A stretch of DNA of 56,475 nucleotides from Chromera velia. Its lineage: Eukaryota. The notes below the pieces were generated by a model. The model saw only the letters and a list, made by a program, of their open reading frames with translations. It did not search any database and was not told the DNA's origin. The DNA is taken from contig JAHBMJ010000111.1 of assembly GCA_018398765.1 (NCBI GenBank), forward strand, positions 1 to 56,475, given 5' to 3'. This document shows positions 1 to 12,281 of this stretch, in pieces (positions within the stretch are counted from its first letter, which is position 1; each line of letters opens with the position of its first letter). The position numbers and the translations under genes were made by a program.

Positions 1-208
1 CCCTGTGCCCATTCCCCCCCCCCCACCCGAAGACAGACCGGGACCCCCCCCTCCCCCCGCGACCCCAGTGCTCCCAATACCCCCGAGGCCCGAACTTCCA
101 ACCCCTGAGGTTCCAACACCCCCCATCCCCCCGCTCCCAAACCTAAGCCCAGCTGATGACCCCCCCCCCCCCCCTGAATGACTCCCACGTGCCCCCCCCC
201 CTCCCGAA

Positions 209-3200
209 TTATCTTGACTGAACGATCCACCCTGTGCGAAGTGATCGAAAAAATTGTCCAACATCCCAGTTGCCGCATTCCCGATCCCGGGGTCGAACCC
301 CCCCTCCCCCTCCACCCCCGCCCTGTCCCACCGTCTCTGTGTCTCCCCCCCTCTCCCGCTGTTCCCGCTGAGGAGGGAGGATGGTCGTCTCCTGTTGCCA
401 TCTGAGAGGCGGCATCTCTATTTTCTCAAACTCCACCCTCTGACCTACAGACACAATACCAATCAACAGGTGGTATCTGCCTTGGGGAATCCGATCGAAC
501 CCCAACACAAACGGCGCCTCACCCTTCTTTACCCACAAACGGCCATACGATCCTCTAGCCACACTCCCCCCCCTGCCTCCTCTCTGGGTTCCTGAACTCC
601 CCTCTCCTGCTGTAGGTGCATTGCCGTTCTTAGAGGAAGCGGAGGGCTTTTCTCTTTCACTCGAATCCTCCCTCTCCCTCTCTCTCTTCATCGCTGCAGG
701 AGCCGAAGCAGAGGCAGAGGCAGCACCGTTCGAAGACACTCCCGGAGGAGCACCAGCAGACGAGGACGCACAGTTGTCTCCCTCAACAACCCCCCCCGTC
801 TCCCCATCATCCTCTTCATCCTCATCACACCCCGAGGAGGCTGCCGGGGGCATTTCAAAGCACAACACCACGCGGTCGTCCGGGCCCGTGACCCGCTCCA
901 GATTCGCAACTGCAGTCGGGGTCCCTCCGTTGAAGAGACGGCCTGCATGCATGCAATGAAACGAAATAGTCAGTCAACGTAGATAGACACTCATAGAAAC
1001 AAACACTCTAGCTGGAACGGGCTCTCATTCTCACGTGCCCGGTTCACAGACACCTTGTGGATACTGAAGGATACAGAAACAATGTGCAGGCATGGTGCAG
1101 CAGAATATTGAATTCACAGGTCAGTTGAATGGACATGAGGGAGAAGAGGAAGAGGCATCAAACAGTTTGTATCTTCACGCATGACCTCGCATCTTCAATA
1201 GAGTCATTTACCGACCTGTCTCGGTGTAATAAACGAACGCCGCACTGCTTCTGTAGGCGTCCCCAAGTCCACACCCTTCTTCAGCAACACCGAGGATGAT
1301 CCTGCCAGAGTAAGCAACACCAAAGGACGGAAAACGAAAACGCCAAAAGTGCTTACAACCGCCGTACGGGACCTCCCTGCCTGAGGGGGGAGACGGCGCT
1401 CTGCGGGACCTCTCCCCCCCCCGCCATGCCAAAGGAGATGGGGCCCGCGAGCCCGGGGCCCGTGGTGGGCCCGTAGACTGTGCCGGGGCCCCGTCCCCCC
1501 CCGTCTCCTCATTTCGCCCATCCCCTCCCTCCACATCCCCCCTCTGCAGGTGCGACGGAGATCTGGGAGACGGGTTCATCATCGGTGTGTCTGGACGTGA
1601 AGGTTCCTGTTGGGATGGGGTGCGTCCCCCTCCCCTGTCTGAGTTGGGGGAAGACGGGTTCAGAGTCCATGCGAGCAGGGACGCATATTCGGTCTTCGTG
1701 TCGCTTTGTGTGCTCTGCAGAATCGATTAGCCAGAGGGAGAGAGCGCGAGAGAGAGTCAGTGGGGCCCTTCATTGATTGATTAATTGATTGACATTTGAC
1801 TCCTACCCACAAGGGAAAAATGCACGGAAAAATAGGGTGCACTTGTGTGTTGCTTTTGTACCACACTGTCCTACAGGAAAAAGAGAACTGGAAAAAATGG
1901 AAGGACTCAGTCAAAAGAAGCTCGACTGCCTTTTAGACCAACCGACAGACAGACACAGAGACCGACGGACCCTCTTGACCAGATACCCCGAGGTCCGAAT
2001 GTAGATGCTCAGATCTGCGTGTCTAAGTGAGGGTGGAAAGAGGTTGTTCAGGAGCAGAGAGGGGGAGGCGAAGACCTTCAGTTGAAGGGAGCGGATGATC
2101 GCCTCGGGAAGAGTCGACAGGGCCCCCGAAGACAAATATTCCAGGAGATGCTCTGCAGAGAGATACAGAAAAACATGCACCAGAGGCTTGTAGAAGCAGA
2201 CATAGACAGATAAAGACAGCCAGTCAGTCAGGTACTCAGGGGAGATCCTTTGCAACCACCCGGTCACTCATTCATGCAGGGAAGAGAAGAGACTCGGTCA
2301 GGTAAGTAGGTAGGCAACCAGGGAGGCCACTTGCTCTTTTGTTTTCTTCTTAATTGCTTTCATTCAACGAACGTCTGCCGAGTAGACATGAGAAGGAGCC
2401 GAGGCCATGTAGAGAGCTGGAGGCGAAGGCAGTTACGCACTTGTGCTTTTCGACCGTCAATGGTTGTGTCAGTGAGTCAGTCGCATAGTCACCCGCGCAT
2501 GCATACAGGCAGGCAGGCAGGCAGACTGACCCTGTATGTGGCTGTGTATGATTGTTTGGATCTCGGGGGGGGCGATGTGGTAGAGTTGGAGGAAGAAGTG
2601 GAAGGTGTCTCTGGAGAGGAACCTGTGGGTGACCCCTGTCAGATACTCCAGCAGCTCTCTGCTCTCATAGTAACACGCCAGGCGGAGCAGCTCCCCGAAA
2701 TTGCTGGCGTCCACAGCTGCGAACGATCAACAATTCATGCATTCAATAGTCAGTGGTGACTGCATGGATGCTGCACTTGGTCTCTCGTAACGAGACGGTT
2801 GGTGAGGAGAAAAAACAGGCGCAAGGCAGAGGTAGGGTCGTCCCCAGTCATTGAGATTCAACAGATTCTTCTTGTGTCAGCCAGTATTTGCGTCCGTCCA
2901 GCATTCAAACGAAGAGCCTGAGGGGTGGACAAGAAGCAAACGGACTCTTTCTGACTCCCCTACTTATGATGTGACAGACTGACTCACTGAATGATCACTG
3001 ACTGACTGACTGACTGACAAGTTTCACATCCATAGAAGAACCCAATGAAGTTCTTGAAGTGCAAGTACTCTGCATCCCGTATCTGGATGGACCTCACGCC
3101 GGCCTGAGACTCCGCATACCCCCCATAGAACATCGCCTGCAGGCAAATTAACCAACCGACAGTCAAGCAACAGGTGGGAACAAGAAAAGAGACTGTCACT

Positions 3201-3734
3201 GCTTTGGAAGGAGGAAAGCAAGTCGCAGAAGCCTAGCAGTCTGGCACACTCACGTACCCTGAACACAGGCGACCCCGCAGCCAGAATGCATTTGTGTGCG
3301 TACAGACTGCACACGCTCCCCTCGAATGAAAGTTCAACGTCATGCGTCTCCGGATCATCAAACAGATGACACACAGGATTCCTGCACCTTGCCACAGTCT
3401 GCTGCTCAGAGAGGCCTGTGGTCTCCGCACCCGGAGACGTCGCAGCTCGCTGATCGTGCAGCATTGGGACTTCAGACTACAGAGAAAGTTCTTAACCTCT
3501 CAAAGGATCTGCATCGACAGAAAAACAGATCGGCGGACCGTGTCCCACTTTGATTCACACCCTGAGGGAAAAAAGATGATCCCTGCGAGGTCCTGAGACA
3601 GACATGAGGCCGTGGAGTCGAAGGAAGGTGAAGTTCTGCAGCCGCGAAGGGATCGACTTTCGAGATCGTTCGAGCAAGGAAAGCTGCAATAAGCTGCATG
3701 ATGCTGCCTGGAAGGTCTCGAATTTTCCCTCCAT
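209..3734 (-). CDS. BTB/POZ-BACK-SPRY(B30.2-like) protein, 7 exons (putative Cullin-3 adaptor)
   Basis: Phase-consistent exons: 3734-3561, 3476-3258, 3136-3019, 2716-2531, 2152-1971, 1714-1216, 942-209. BTB motif DVELSFEG..LYAHKCILAAGSPVFR|AMFYGGYAES; BACK-like LLRLACYYESRELL and YASLLAW; SPRY-like GCKHFWRF..IILGVAEE..LGD..YYTETG|RLF..DDRVVL..GFDRIPQGRYHL. Confidence 0.8.
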
Positions 3735-4343
3735 GTGCTTGCATGTGCATGCATGTGCCCCATATGTGCCCCACATGCAAACACAATTTTGACGGTAGAC
3801 TATTTTGACTGTCGGACTTGCGCACGCGGACTTCCTGCTCAACTTTACGGGGCCAATTCATGCACCTCTTAGACACATATCATCGCCACGTATCACAAAC
3901 AGAATTAATTTAGTATCTCTCTGGTCCTTTGTCGAACCAGTATGCATCTTGCCTAGGCATAGGTCCTGTCCGTCTATTACGGCCAATCTGTTGCAAGCGC
4001 AAGCCCCTCGGACTAGGCCGCCGCGCCTAGCTTATACTACTCCACGATGGATAAAAATTAATACCTTTCATTCTCCGTGTGTTCACGTATGTAGGGCCTG
4101 TACGAGGTACCACTATGAGGCTGGCGGGGCACTTATCTGCTTGACGGGCTGCTCGCACGGAGTATAGGTGTGGGATTGATGAGTGCGTGCGTCTGTGTAC
4201 TGATCGATACTTACAGTGAAGCATGCGTTCTGTTTGAAGCCATTGAAAGGGCATGATGATGGACTTAGCAGTATGACCATTGATTGTCAAACCTTCTATC
4301 TAGTGAACTCCCTCAAGACCAGTCTGTATGTTGAGCCTCTGTC

Positions 4344-6745
4344 ATCTAGCCACCACACTGCTAAGAAGCCATTGTAATAGATTGAGCCCTGTACACCCTA
4401 GCGTACATCTTTAACACGCGTAGTCAACTCTGCCTATCTATGGATGAGCATTGTGGTCTTCCTTTTCCCTTCCCCAACTTCTTCAATAAGTTCCTTAGCC
4501 AGTTAAAAAAATTTGTTAAACTTTCTCTTCAACATTTCTTTATTAAACTTTTTCTTTACATCCATAAATTCTTTTGCACGCTTAGCGGCTTTTAGCTCTT
4601 TTGTCATGTTTCTTCAATTTGATGTTGTCAGGTTCTTCTCTCCGTTTGTGTCTTTTCTATTTCTTAAACATCAACATGGTCTTTCTCTTTCTTTCAATTC
4701 TCTTGCCAGCGCCCCTGCTAGTTCCCCCCCCTCCTTTACTCTTTCTTCTCTATAAGGCCTACATAGGCCGAAAACTCCCTCCCAAGCAGCATCTCCGTAA
4801 CCTGCGTACCGCGTGCACCGCGGCTTGCCTGAATAGATACCAAGATTGTAGACGCTGCTGCTTTCTAAACCGCTACTGACAACGTTTTCTACCACTTGTC
4901 AGCAATTTTCTGATATGCTGATACATCATTCATCTCCCCCAACCTTTCTGTAGCCTGTCTCACCATCTCTTTCATGAATCTCACTGTCTCCCCCCCAGGC
5001 CTAAGGCTTTCGTAGGTCTCAAAAACTATGCAAAGGGATAAAACGAATGCCCACTGCTCTGCAGGCATCATCATAGTAGATATGCTTCTTCCCCCCCTTC
5101 TCCTTAGCTGCAGCCTCTGCTTTTTTGACGTTTCCATGCAAGCGAGTTGCATCCTAGATCGGGTGAATCATAGCTACATCCCCTAGATTCTGAACAGAGT
5201 CCCCATTTGGCAAAGTTGCGAACAAGTCTGGTCATTTGTCGCGTTCCTCGGCCAACGATTCTGTCAAATCGAGCCCCAATGATCCCATCGTTGTCTTCCC
5301 CTCAACCGTACAGTACCTTACCCCCGTTAACAGCTCAAAAAAGGCTGCCCCAACCTTTTGGTACCTTCTGTACGGACCTCCTCCCGTTAGACAGTTTCCC
5401 CCATGAACACCCTCCAAGTCCCCCCTCTGTCCCAGCTATAGACTGGTTATCGTACCAGCTCTGGGATATAAAAGCCTAGCCGCACGCGCATGGCTGTATG
5501 AAAAAGTGGTGAGAAGATCTTATGGTTGGTGTCAAAGAGAATCATGATTCCCTTTGCTATCTAGCCACCACACTGCTAAGAAGCCATTGTAATAGATTAA
5601 GCCTCGTATACCTTTAACATGCGTAGTCAACTCTGCCTATCTATGGATGAGCGTTGTGGTCTTCCTTTTCCCTTCCCCAACTTCTTCAATAAGTTCCTTA
5701 GCCAGTTAAAAAAATTTGTTAAACTTTCTCCTCAACATTTCTTTATTAAACTTTTTCTTTATATCCATAAATTTTTTTGCACGCTTAGCGGCTTTTAGCT
5801 CTTTTGTTACGTTTCTTCAATTTGATGTTGTCAGGTTCTTCTCTCTGTTTGTGTCTTTTCTATTTCTTAAACATCAACATGGTCTTTCTCTTTCTTTCAA
5901 TTCTCTTGCCAGCGCCCCTGCTAGTTCCCCCCCCTCCTTTACTCTTTCTTCTCTATAAGGCCCACGTAGGCTGAAAACTCCCTCCCAAGCAGCATCTCCA
6001 TAACCTGTGTACCGCGTGCACTGCGGCTTGCCTGAACAGATACCAAGATTGTAGACGCTGCTACTTTCTAAACTGCTACTGACAACGTTTTCTACCACTT
6101 GTCAGCAATTTTCTGATATGCTGATGCATCATTCATCTCCCCCAACCTTTCTGTAGCCTGTCTCACCATCTCTTTCACGAACTTCACTGTCTCCCCCCCA
6201 GGCCTAAGGCTTTCGTAGGTCTCAAAAACTATGCAAAGGGATAAAACGAATGCCCACTGCTCTGCAGGCATCATCGTAGTGGGTATGCTTCTTCCCCCCC
6301 TTCTCCTTAGCTGCAGCCTCTGCTTTCTTGACGTTTCTGTGCAAGCGAGTTGCATCCTAGATCGGGTGGATCATAGCCACATCCCCTAGATTCTGAACAG
6401 AGTCCCCATTTGGCAAAGTTGCGAACAAGTCTGGTCATTTGTCGCGTTCCTCGGCCAACGATTCTGTCAAATCAAGCCCCAACAATCCCATCGTTGTCTT
6501 TCCCCCAACCGTACAGTACCTTACCCCCGTTAACAGCTCAAAAAAGGCTGCCCCAACCTTTTGGTACCTTCTGTACGGACCTCCTCCCGTTAGACAGTTT
6601 CCCCCATGAACACCCTCCAAGTCCCCCGTCTGTCCCAGCTATAGACTGGTTATCGTACCAGCTCTGGGATACAAAAGCCTAGCCGCACGCGCATGGCTGT
6701 ATAAAAAAGTGGTGAGAAGATCTTATGGTTGGTGTCAAAGGGAAT
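4344..6745. repeat. Tandem duplication (~1.2 kb) of the retrotransposon 3' region
   Basis: 4344-5542 aligns to 5559-6745 (offset 1203 over most of the length, one 12-bp indel, ~42 substitutions counted by eye); paired ORFs 4889/6092, 5232/6435, 4513/5716. Confidence 0.97.
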
Positions 6746-9037
6746 GGCTCCAAGCCATGTTGAAGCTCCATTATCAGAGCAACTTCTCAAGCGAATCTGT
6801 CGCTTCTTGTCCAAGCTTGGAGGCGTCTCTAGCGTGGGACGGCTGCTGTTTGGCAGCTCTCCTAACAGTCGCTTTTTCGTCACTGCCTGCAGAGTATCAT
6901 AAAGCCTCCCTTACACCCCCTTTGCCCCTTTACCTCTTCCTAGACCTCTCCATACCTCTGTGCAATCTTTCTACGATGCTTTCAGCAACGACTGCTCTCA
7001 GACTGGCACTCCACTGACTGACAGTGCATTCTGATGATCGTTTTGCAGTCTGTAGAAAGCTTCTTGGGCTTTCTGAGACCACCCCTCCCTCGAAACTTTC
7101 TCCCACATCTCATCCAAGTTGTTCACATACCCTTGCACCAAAAGTCTCTTCAGTACGTCTGCTAAGCAGGATGCATAGTATCCTACCAGTGTACATGATT
7201 GCATGAGACTATACTTGTATATGCCCAGCCCCCCCTGCAACAATGGAAGGGATGCCTGCACTGTTTGGTGTAGGGTCCACTCGTTTTCAGCTATGCCGAG
7301 CCCTCGAGTGCACTTCTTCAAGAGCATGTCATCAGCCGCCTGCCACATCGATGTTAGAATTGCATCCGTCATCAAACGCAGAAAGAAACCCAGCTTAGGG
7401 AGAATACAAAACCAAAATAGAAGCCATCCTCCTTGAGGATCCTGATAGTTGGCTACTTTGGATGTCAACCCCACTGTTTTGTCTCTCACTTCTTCAAAAT
7501 GTTTTTTCTCGTACTCCCATTTCCCTATCGCTCCCCCTCCTAGCTTGAACCCGTCCTTTGACAATTCTAATGGTTACCCTGCAGGAAACGTCTCCAGACA
7601 CCTCTTTGTCTCCACCTATACTGGAGAGAATGCTAGGCTCTTGTCCTTGCCGAGATTCAGCTTGAGGTTAAATGAGTGAAACTCTTCCTCAGCCGCTGCC
7701 TATGCTCTACTCAACCCTCCTGAAGGGAAAATAAGGCCCACGTCATCCATAAAAGCACCAATGAAAATGTTCTTTGAGCGATGTTGCTCTCTCAATCTGT
7801 CGCTCAGCCTGTCCAGCACAGGCTTGGGGCCGATACAGAACAACGCGGGGCCCATCACATCTCCCTGCTGCACCCCTTCTTCCGAAAAAATTACCTTTGT
7901 CTCCCCCGTGTCCTTCTGAAAGAACGTTGGAGTAGGACTTCTATAGAAGTATATTAAAAAGGTGTAGATCTCCGGAAAGTATGTGTAAACCTCAACCATA
8001 ATCTGTTGCCGGTCCGCGGTGTTAAACGTATTCTGAGCATCTAGGTGAAGGAACACTGCTGATTTGTCAAGCTGGAGGGCTGTCCGCACCGTGTGATACA
8101 GTCTTACACACCCGTCCGCTGTGCGCACAGCATACTGTCTCACTTCCACGACTTAGTACTTCTCTATTTGCTCCCTTTTTTTAAGGAGAACCGCCCTCAT
8201 GATCCATCTTCGTACCGCGTCTCCCACCGTGATAGCCTAAGGCCGTATCTTCAAACCATCTGCATTTTTGCAGAGTGCAAAACACCGCCCGCACGCTAAC
8301 AGATCCAGTACCTCTGGTGGGGCTTTGCCAGCCACCAGATCTTGCCCCATTGAGAGAACTGCAGCTTAGCGCCCCCTTGCTGCTGTTCCATCTGGAGAAA
8401 GAAGGAAACTCAAGTGCTCGTACCTCTATTCCGTCACCCCCTGTGCCGATCCTTTTGGTATTATGCGTACTGGCAGTGCTTTTAAAAAGCTCTCTGCTGC
8501 GACTTCCAATGGTGGCATTGTATAACCATGCCGTCGCACTTAAAATGGGGTTGCTCTAGATGGATGCATGTCCTTTAACTTTCGGTACGTCTCTTCATCC
8601 GCCTTGGCTACCCCAAATAACGAAAGACGTGCAGCTGCTTTTGACAGTGCTCTCTACTAAATAAGGGCCTCGACTGCTGCCTCTTTCAGCTCCAACTCTC
8701 TCTTAGCAGCTGCTTTCCCCCCCCTCCGGGACCTGTTCGTTGCCTTTTCTCTTCTTTTCTTTCCTTGGAAAACAACGTCTGCTCTCAAGTCTGTAACAAG
8801 CTCTTCAAACTGACCTTTCTAGAAAGTGCTGATCCTTCTTGCCGTTTGTTTATCTGAATATGCCCCCCCCCTTTCCGCTTTCCTCCAAAACAGACTGCGA
8901 AAGTAGATCACGGCTTTCCAAGCTCTCTCTGCTGTGCGTCTATCGGTTGAACGGGTCATTTTAATCAGTTTTGAGAACATCTGCGCCCATCGTAATCGAA
9001 ATTTCCCCGGAAGCACCTTCTCTATAGGAATTCTGAG
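4344..9037 (-). mobile_element. Decayed non-LTR retrotransposon, CRE-like (RT + CCHC + restriction-like endonuclease), probably 5'-truncated
   Basis: RT motifs KIRP*AITVGDAVRR (~8200-8260), LHLDAQNTFN, SEEGVQQGDVMGPALF, AFMDDV (7700-8149); then QASLPLLQGGLG, ASTWLGAIP..TAMRVRLG, H-x3-C knuckle remnant, *PDL..DVAMIHP, FETY, W*KTLSVAV*KA. Many stops and frameshifts. Boundaries approximate. Confidence 0.9.
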
Positions 9038-9103
9038 ATGTGTGTATGTATATGTGTATGTATATGTGTCTGTGTATGTATGTATGCGCGTGCGCGCGCG
9101 CGC
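9038..9103. repeat. Compound (TATG/TG)n-(GC)n microsatellite at the retroelement 5' boundary
   Basis: atgtgtgtatgtatatgtgtatg...cgcgtgcgcgcgcgcgcg; retroelement-like coding signal starts just downstream on the minus strand. Confidence 0.8.
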
Positions 9104-9959
9104 GTCTGCATTTTTCCTTTCTCCTTCAGGACCATGAAAAAGGTTTACGTCGCCCCGGTCTATGGAAGGCCCCCGCTCATGGGAAGACAAAAGGTACTTT
9201 TACTAAATGTTGCAAGATTTGCGTCTTGTTTCTTTAAGTCTTTAAGCTCTCCTTTCCTTCATTTTAAGAGAAAAACAAAAGAGTTTCGGCAAGAGATTAG
9301 GGCACATGTCCGTGAGTTTCCATTCTTTATTTTGTCCTTTTTCCAAGCCGGGTGAAGTTCAACATGATATGAACCGATATGAACAAGCGGGCATAAGCGG
9401 GCTTCCTTCCTTCCTTCCTTTTTTCCTTCCTTCCTTCCTTCCTTCCTTCCTTCTTTTCTGTTTCCATTCGTTTCTGCTTAAATTAAGTTTCCTTCTCTCC
9501 TTCCTCCCTTTCTTCCTTCTTTCCTTCCTTCCTGTCTTCCTCCCTTCCCACGGTAAGACCTACAGTGATTGCACTCCCCCACTGTCTGTTGTTCGCTTGT
9601 TTTGCGAATAAATTTTTTGAAAGTGCCCCCGAACATGCGGTTTATCAGTGAAAGATTAGTTAAGTGTTTCATGGATGAAGATTGCTCGTCTTGTAGTAGC
9701 TCTTTGTTGACGCTTGCTGCCTTCTTTATCTTCTTTGCAGAGCGATGTTGATGCAGAAGTACGAGCTCGCTGCCCCTCTCTCGACGCTCACTCATCACAC
9801 TTCCCTCCTGGTGCCTCAAAAGCACCCGCTGGCTGCTCTGTGGTGCACTACCTACATTTTTGCTCTTATGTATGCGGACACCTGCCCAGTTCGTGAAGGA
9901 GCGAGCAATAATGATGCAGAAGTATGAGCCAGTGCCCAACAAGTTGGCAATAACATCAA

Positions 9960-11351
9960 GCTATCAATAAGAAGGATAAAAATAGTCAGCAAGGTGAGTC
10001 AGCATAGTCGTGGGAGTGTCTCTCAACTGTTCTTCTCTTTTGTTTCCTTTCAGAAAGGCCGGGAGGGGTCATTTGCATATCTGTGGTTGGTTGAAGAAAA
10101 GAAAAAGGAGGTAGAACAGTTGGAAGAGAAAGGAACAAAGTTGCGGGAAGGGGAAGGAGTTGTGGGTATTCTTGAAAGTATTTCAGGGAGACAGAATATT
10201 AAGGCAATGTATGCCTTAAAGAAAGCTGCGAATCGATCGAGAAGACGGCATCTCTCTCTGCTCGTATGCCGAACTGGTTCGTATCTACCCTACGCGGGAT
10301 ACAAGACTTCTCTTTCAATTCTTTCATCGATCGGTCGACCGACCTTTCCATCTTTGATCTGCATGATTGTGTTACGGACTCTTTGGTGGCCTTCTTCTTC
10401 AGAGGGCGGTTGCTGCCTAGTATTTGTGACCTCCCTCAACCTAACAATTACTTAAAAGTTCAAGCCACATTTTTAGATAAGCTTGAAAGTCTACGCCGCA
10501 GGCACAGATCATTTATATTATCTTGAAAGCCAAAGCCACATTTCTGGGCGGTCTCTTAACCATCTACGCCACAGGCATGGACGGTCTTTTGAAAAACGAT
10601 GCTGCAGAGAGAGATCATCTTGATAATTATATTTTTTTAAGTGGCACTTAGATTTAGGGAGGTTGTATTTATCAATACGAATGGGCCTTTGTGAGACTCA
10701 AAACTGTCTACGAAAGGGAAGAGTCCAATTTCAGCTTTCTTACCTCTTTATTTTCTTTCTGTTTCATTTGTTTGTAGTACTTTTTACTTTTGAGGGAAGA
10801 GGAAGTAGAGAGGCAGGTAGGCAGGCAGCTGAAAGGGAAAGGTGCCACATTGGCGCTGCAAAAGAAGTGCCTATGTTTAATTTGGCAGGAAGGGAAAAGC
10901 GAGGCGATTAGCTCTTCAGGTAGACATGCACGGTAGAAGAAGCGTCAGTCATGCATGCAAAGGGATAGAAGGGCAGGTTTTGCAGGGAGAGAAGAGATCA
11001 ATGGAAGCTGGCATAAAGAGAATGAAGAGAAAAGAAGGGGGCGGGGAAATAAGGAAGTGAAGTAGGATGAAGACATAGTTTGAAACACACCCACCGTTTA
11101 GCACCTATGCGCTCACCACACAGCATTATCTGTGTTGATTGAGTACAGATCAGGACACTCAAAACATATCGACCACTGACTGGCCTCAGAGCGGGGATGG
11201 ATCTGAGAAGAGAAAGGAGACAAAGAAGAAACGGCCTTTGGAGGTGCATCTGCGCTGTCAACAAGAAGGACGGGGATAGTCAGCAAGCTGAGTCAGCATG
11301 GTCGCGGGAGTGTCTATCAACTGTTCTTCTCTTTTGTTTCCTTTCAGGAAG
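9960..11351 (+). repeat. Pair of ~98-bp direct repeats, each spanning an intron-like segment (pseudogene fragments)
   Basis: 9960-10057 vs 11254-11351, offset 1294; copy 1 has gtgagt...tttcag (9994-10053), copy 2 has the donor changed to ctgagt. Confidence 0.8.
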
Positions 11352-11519
11352 TTTGTCTGCCGGCCTTGCGGCTGCCGCGGCCTCCACCGCGTGGCCCTCC
11401 GCGGTATGCGCTCAGCTAGGTGCTCAGCCGCCCTCTTTCTTGCAGAGCCGTCCGGGGACGTGCCTTTGCTTCATGCATAAGGTACATTAATTTTTGACAC
11501 AATTTAAGGAAGGTGAGGG

Positions 11520-12260
11520 GAAAGGCCAACGACAAACCGTGACTGATTAGGGCTTTCATGCAGTTATTCAAAATAATTCAAAGAGTCTGTTGCTCTGGCT
11601 GATCAAAGAGTTCAAGTCTTCTTCTGCAAGTTAGGATGTCCTTTTAAGACCTAAACACCTTATGAATTGAAGCTAAGATAACTGTTACCGGAAGCTTTAA
11701 CACTTTTAATATTCACTTCAACTTTAAGTTAGTAATCATAAAATCATAACCAAAACTTTACTGAAAGTAAAACTTTTCATCAAAAAAACTTCTCAGATTA
11801 GTCTAGAAGAGTAATTACAAATAACAGTTTTCCTTGCTTTTAAAACTAGTTTTTAAATTTATAGGTTTCGTTTTTCCTAAAACGAGGTTTTAAAAAATAT
11901 GTATACATATCTTTTAGATGTTAAAACTATAGGTAAAAGTGTATTTCAAAAAAACTAAGTTCAAAAAAATTGATAATGCAGTATTGATTCTTCTAAAAAT
12001 ATATGCAATTTGTAACACAATGGATTTACATTTAGATTTACATACATGATTTTTTTGTATATATATACACTGAATTAAATTTGTATAAAAACATTATTTT
12101 AATTTCTTTACAGTTCAAGTTTTGTAAACAGTGTAAAAAATGCAAATGAAGTTCCATCTTTTTAATTAAAAAATCTCTACTTGCTAGTTTACTTGTAGTT
12201 TGTATGCAGAGTTTTAAGCTTTGAAGCTTTGACGGAATAACTTTTGTTTTTTCAATACAG
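11520..12260. other. Very AT-rich, CpG-poor non-coding block (probable heavily mutated repeat relic)
   Basis: Abrupt compositional shift, no ORFs in the track, resembles the arms of the TIR element at 52186-53162; no termini found. Confidence 0.5.
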
Positions 12261-12281
12261 TGCGTTTGAAGCAGCGTTTCG

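Noticed and set aside
1..360. C-rich tracts as telomeric repeats
   Set aside because: No regular repeat unit; they are the Gly-rich coding end and 3' flank of the BTB gene.
2880..2925. Extra exon in the BTB gene intron
   Set aside because: The candidate acceptor gives an in-frame stop; the flanking exons already join in phase.
4230..4365. HNH-like Cys/His pattern in an alternative minus frame
   Set aside because: Several stops, poor spacing, and another frame looks more coding.
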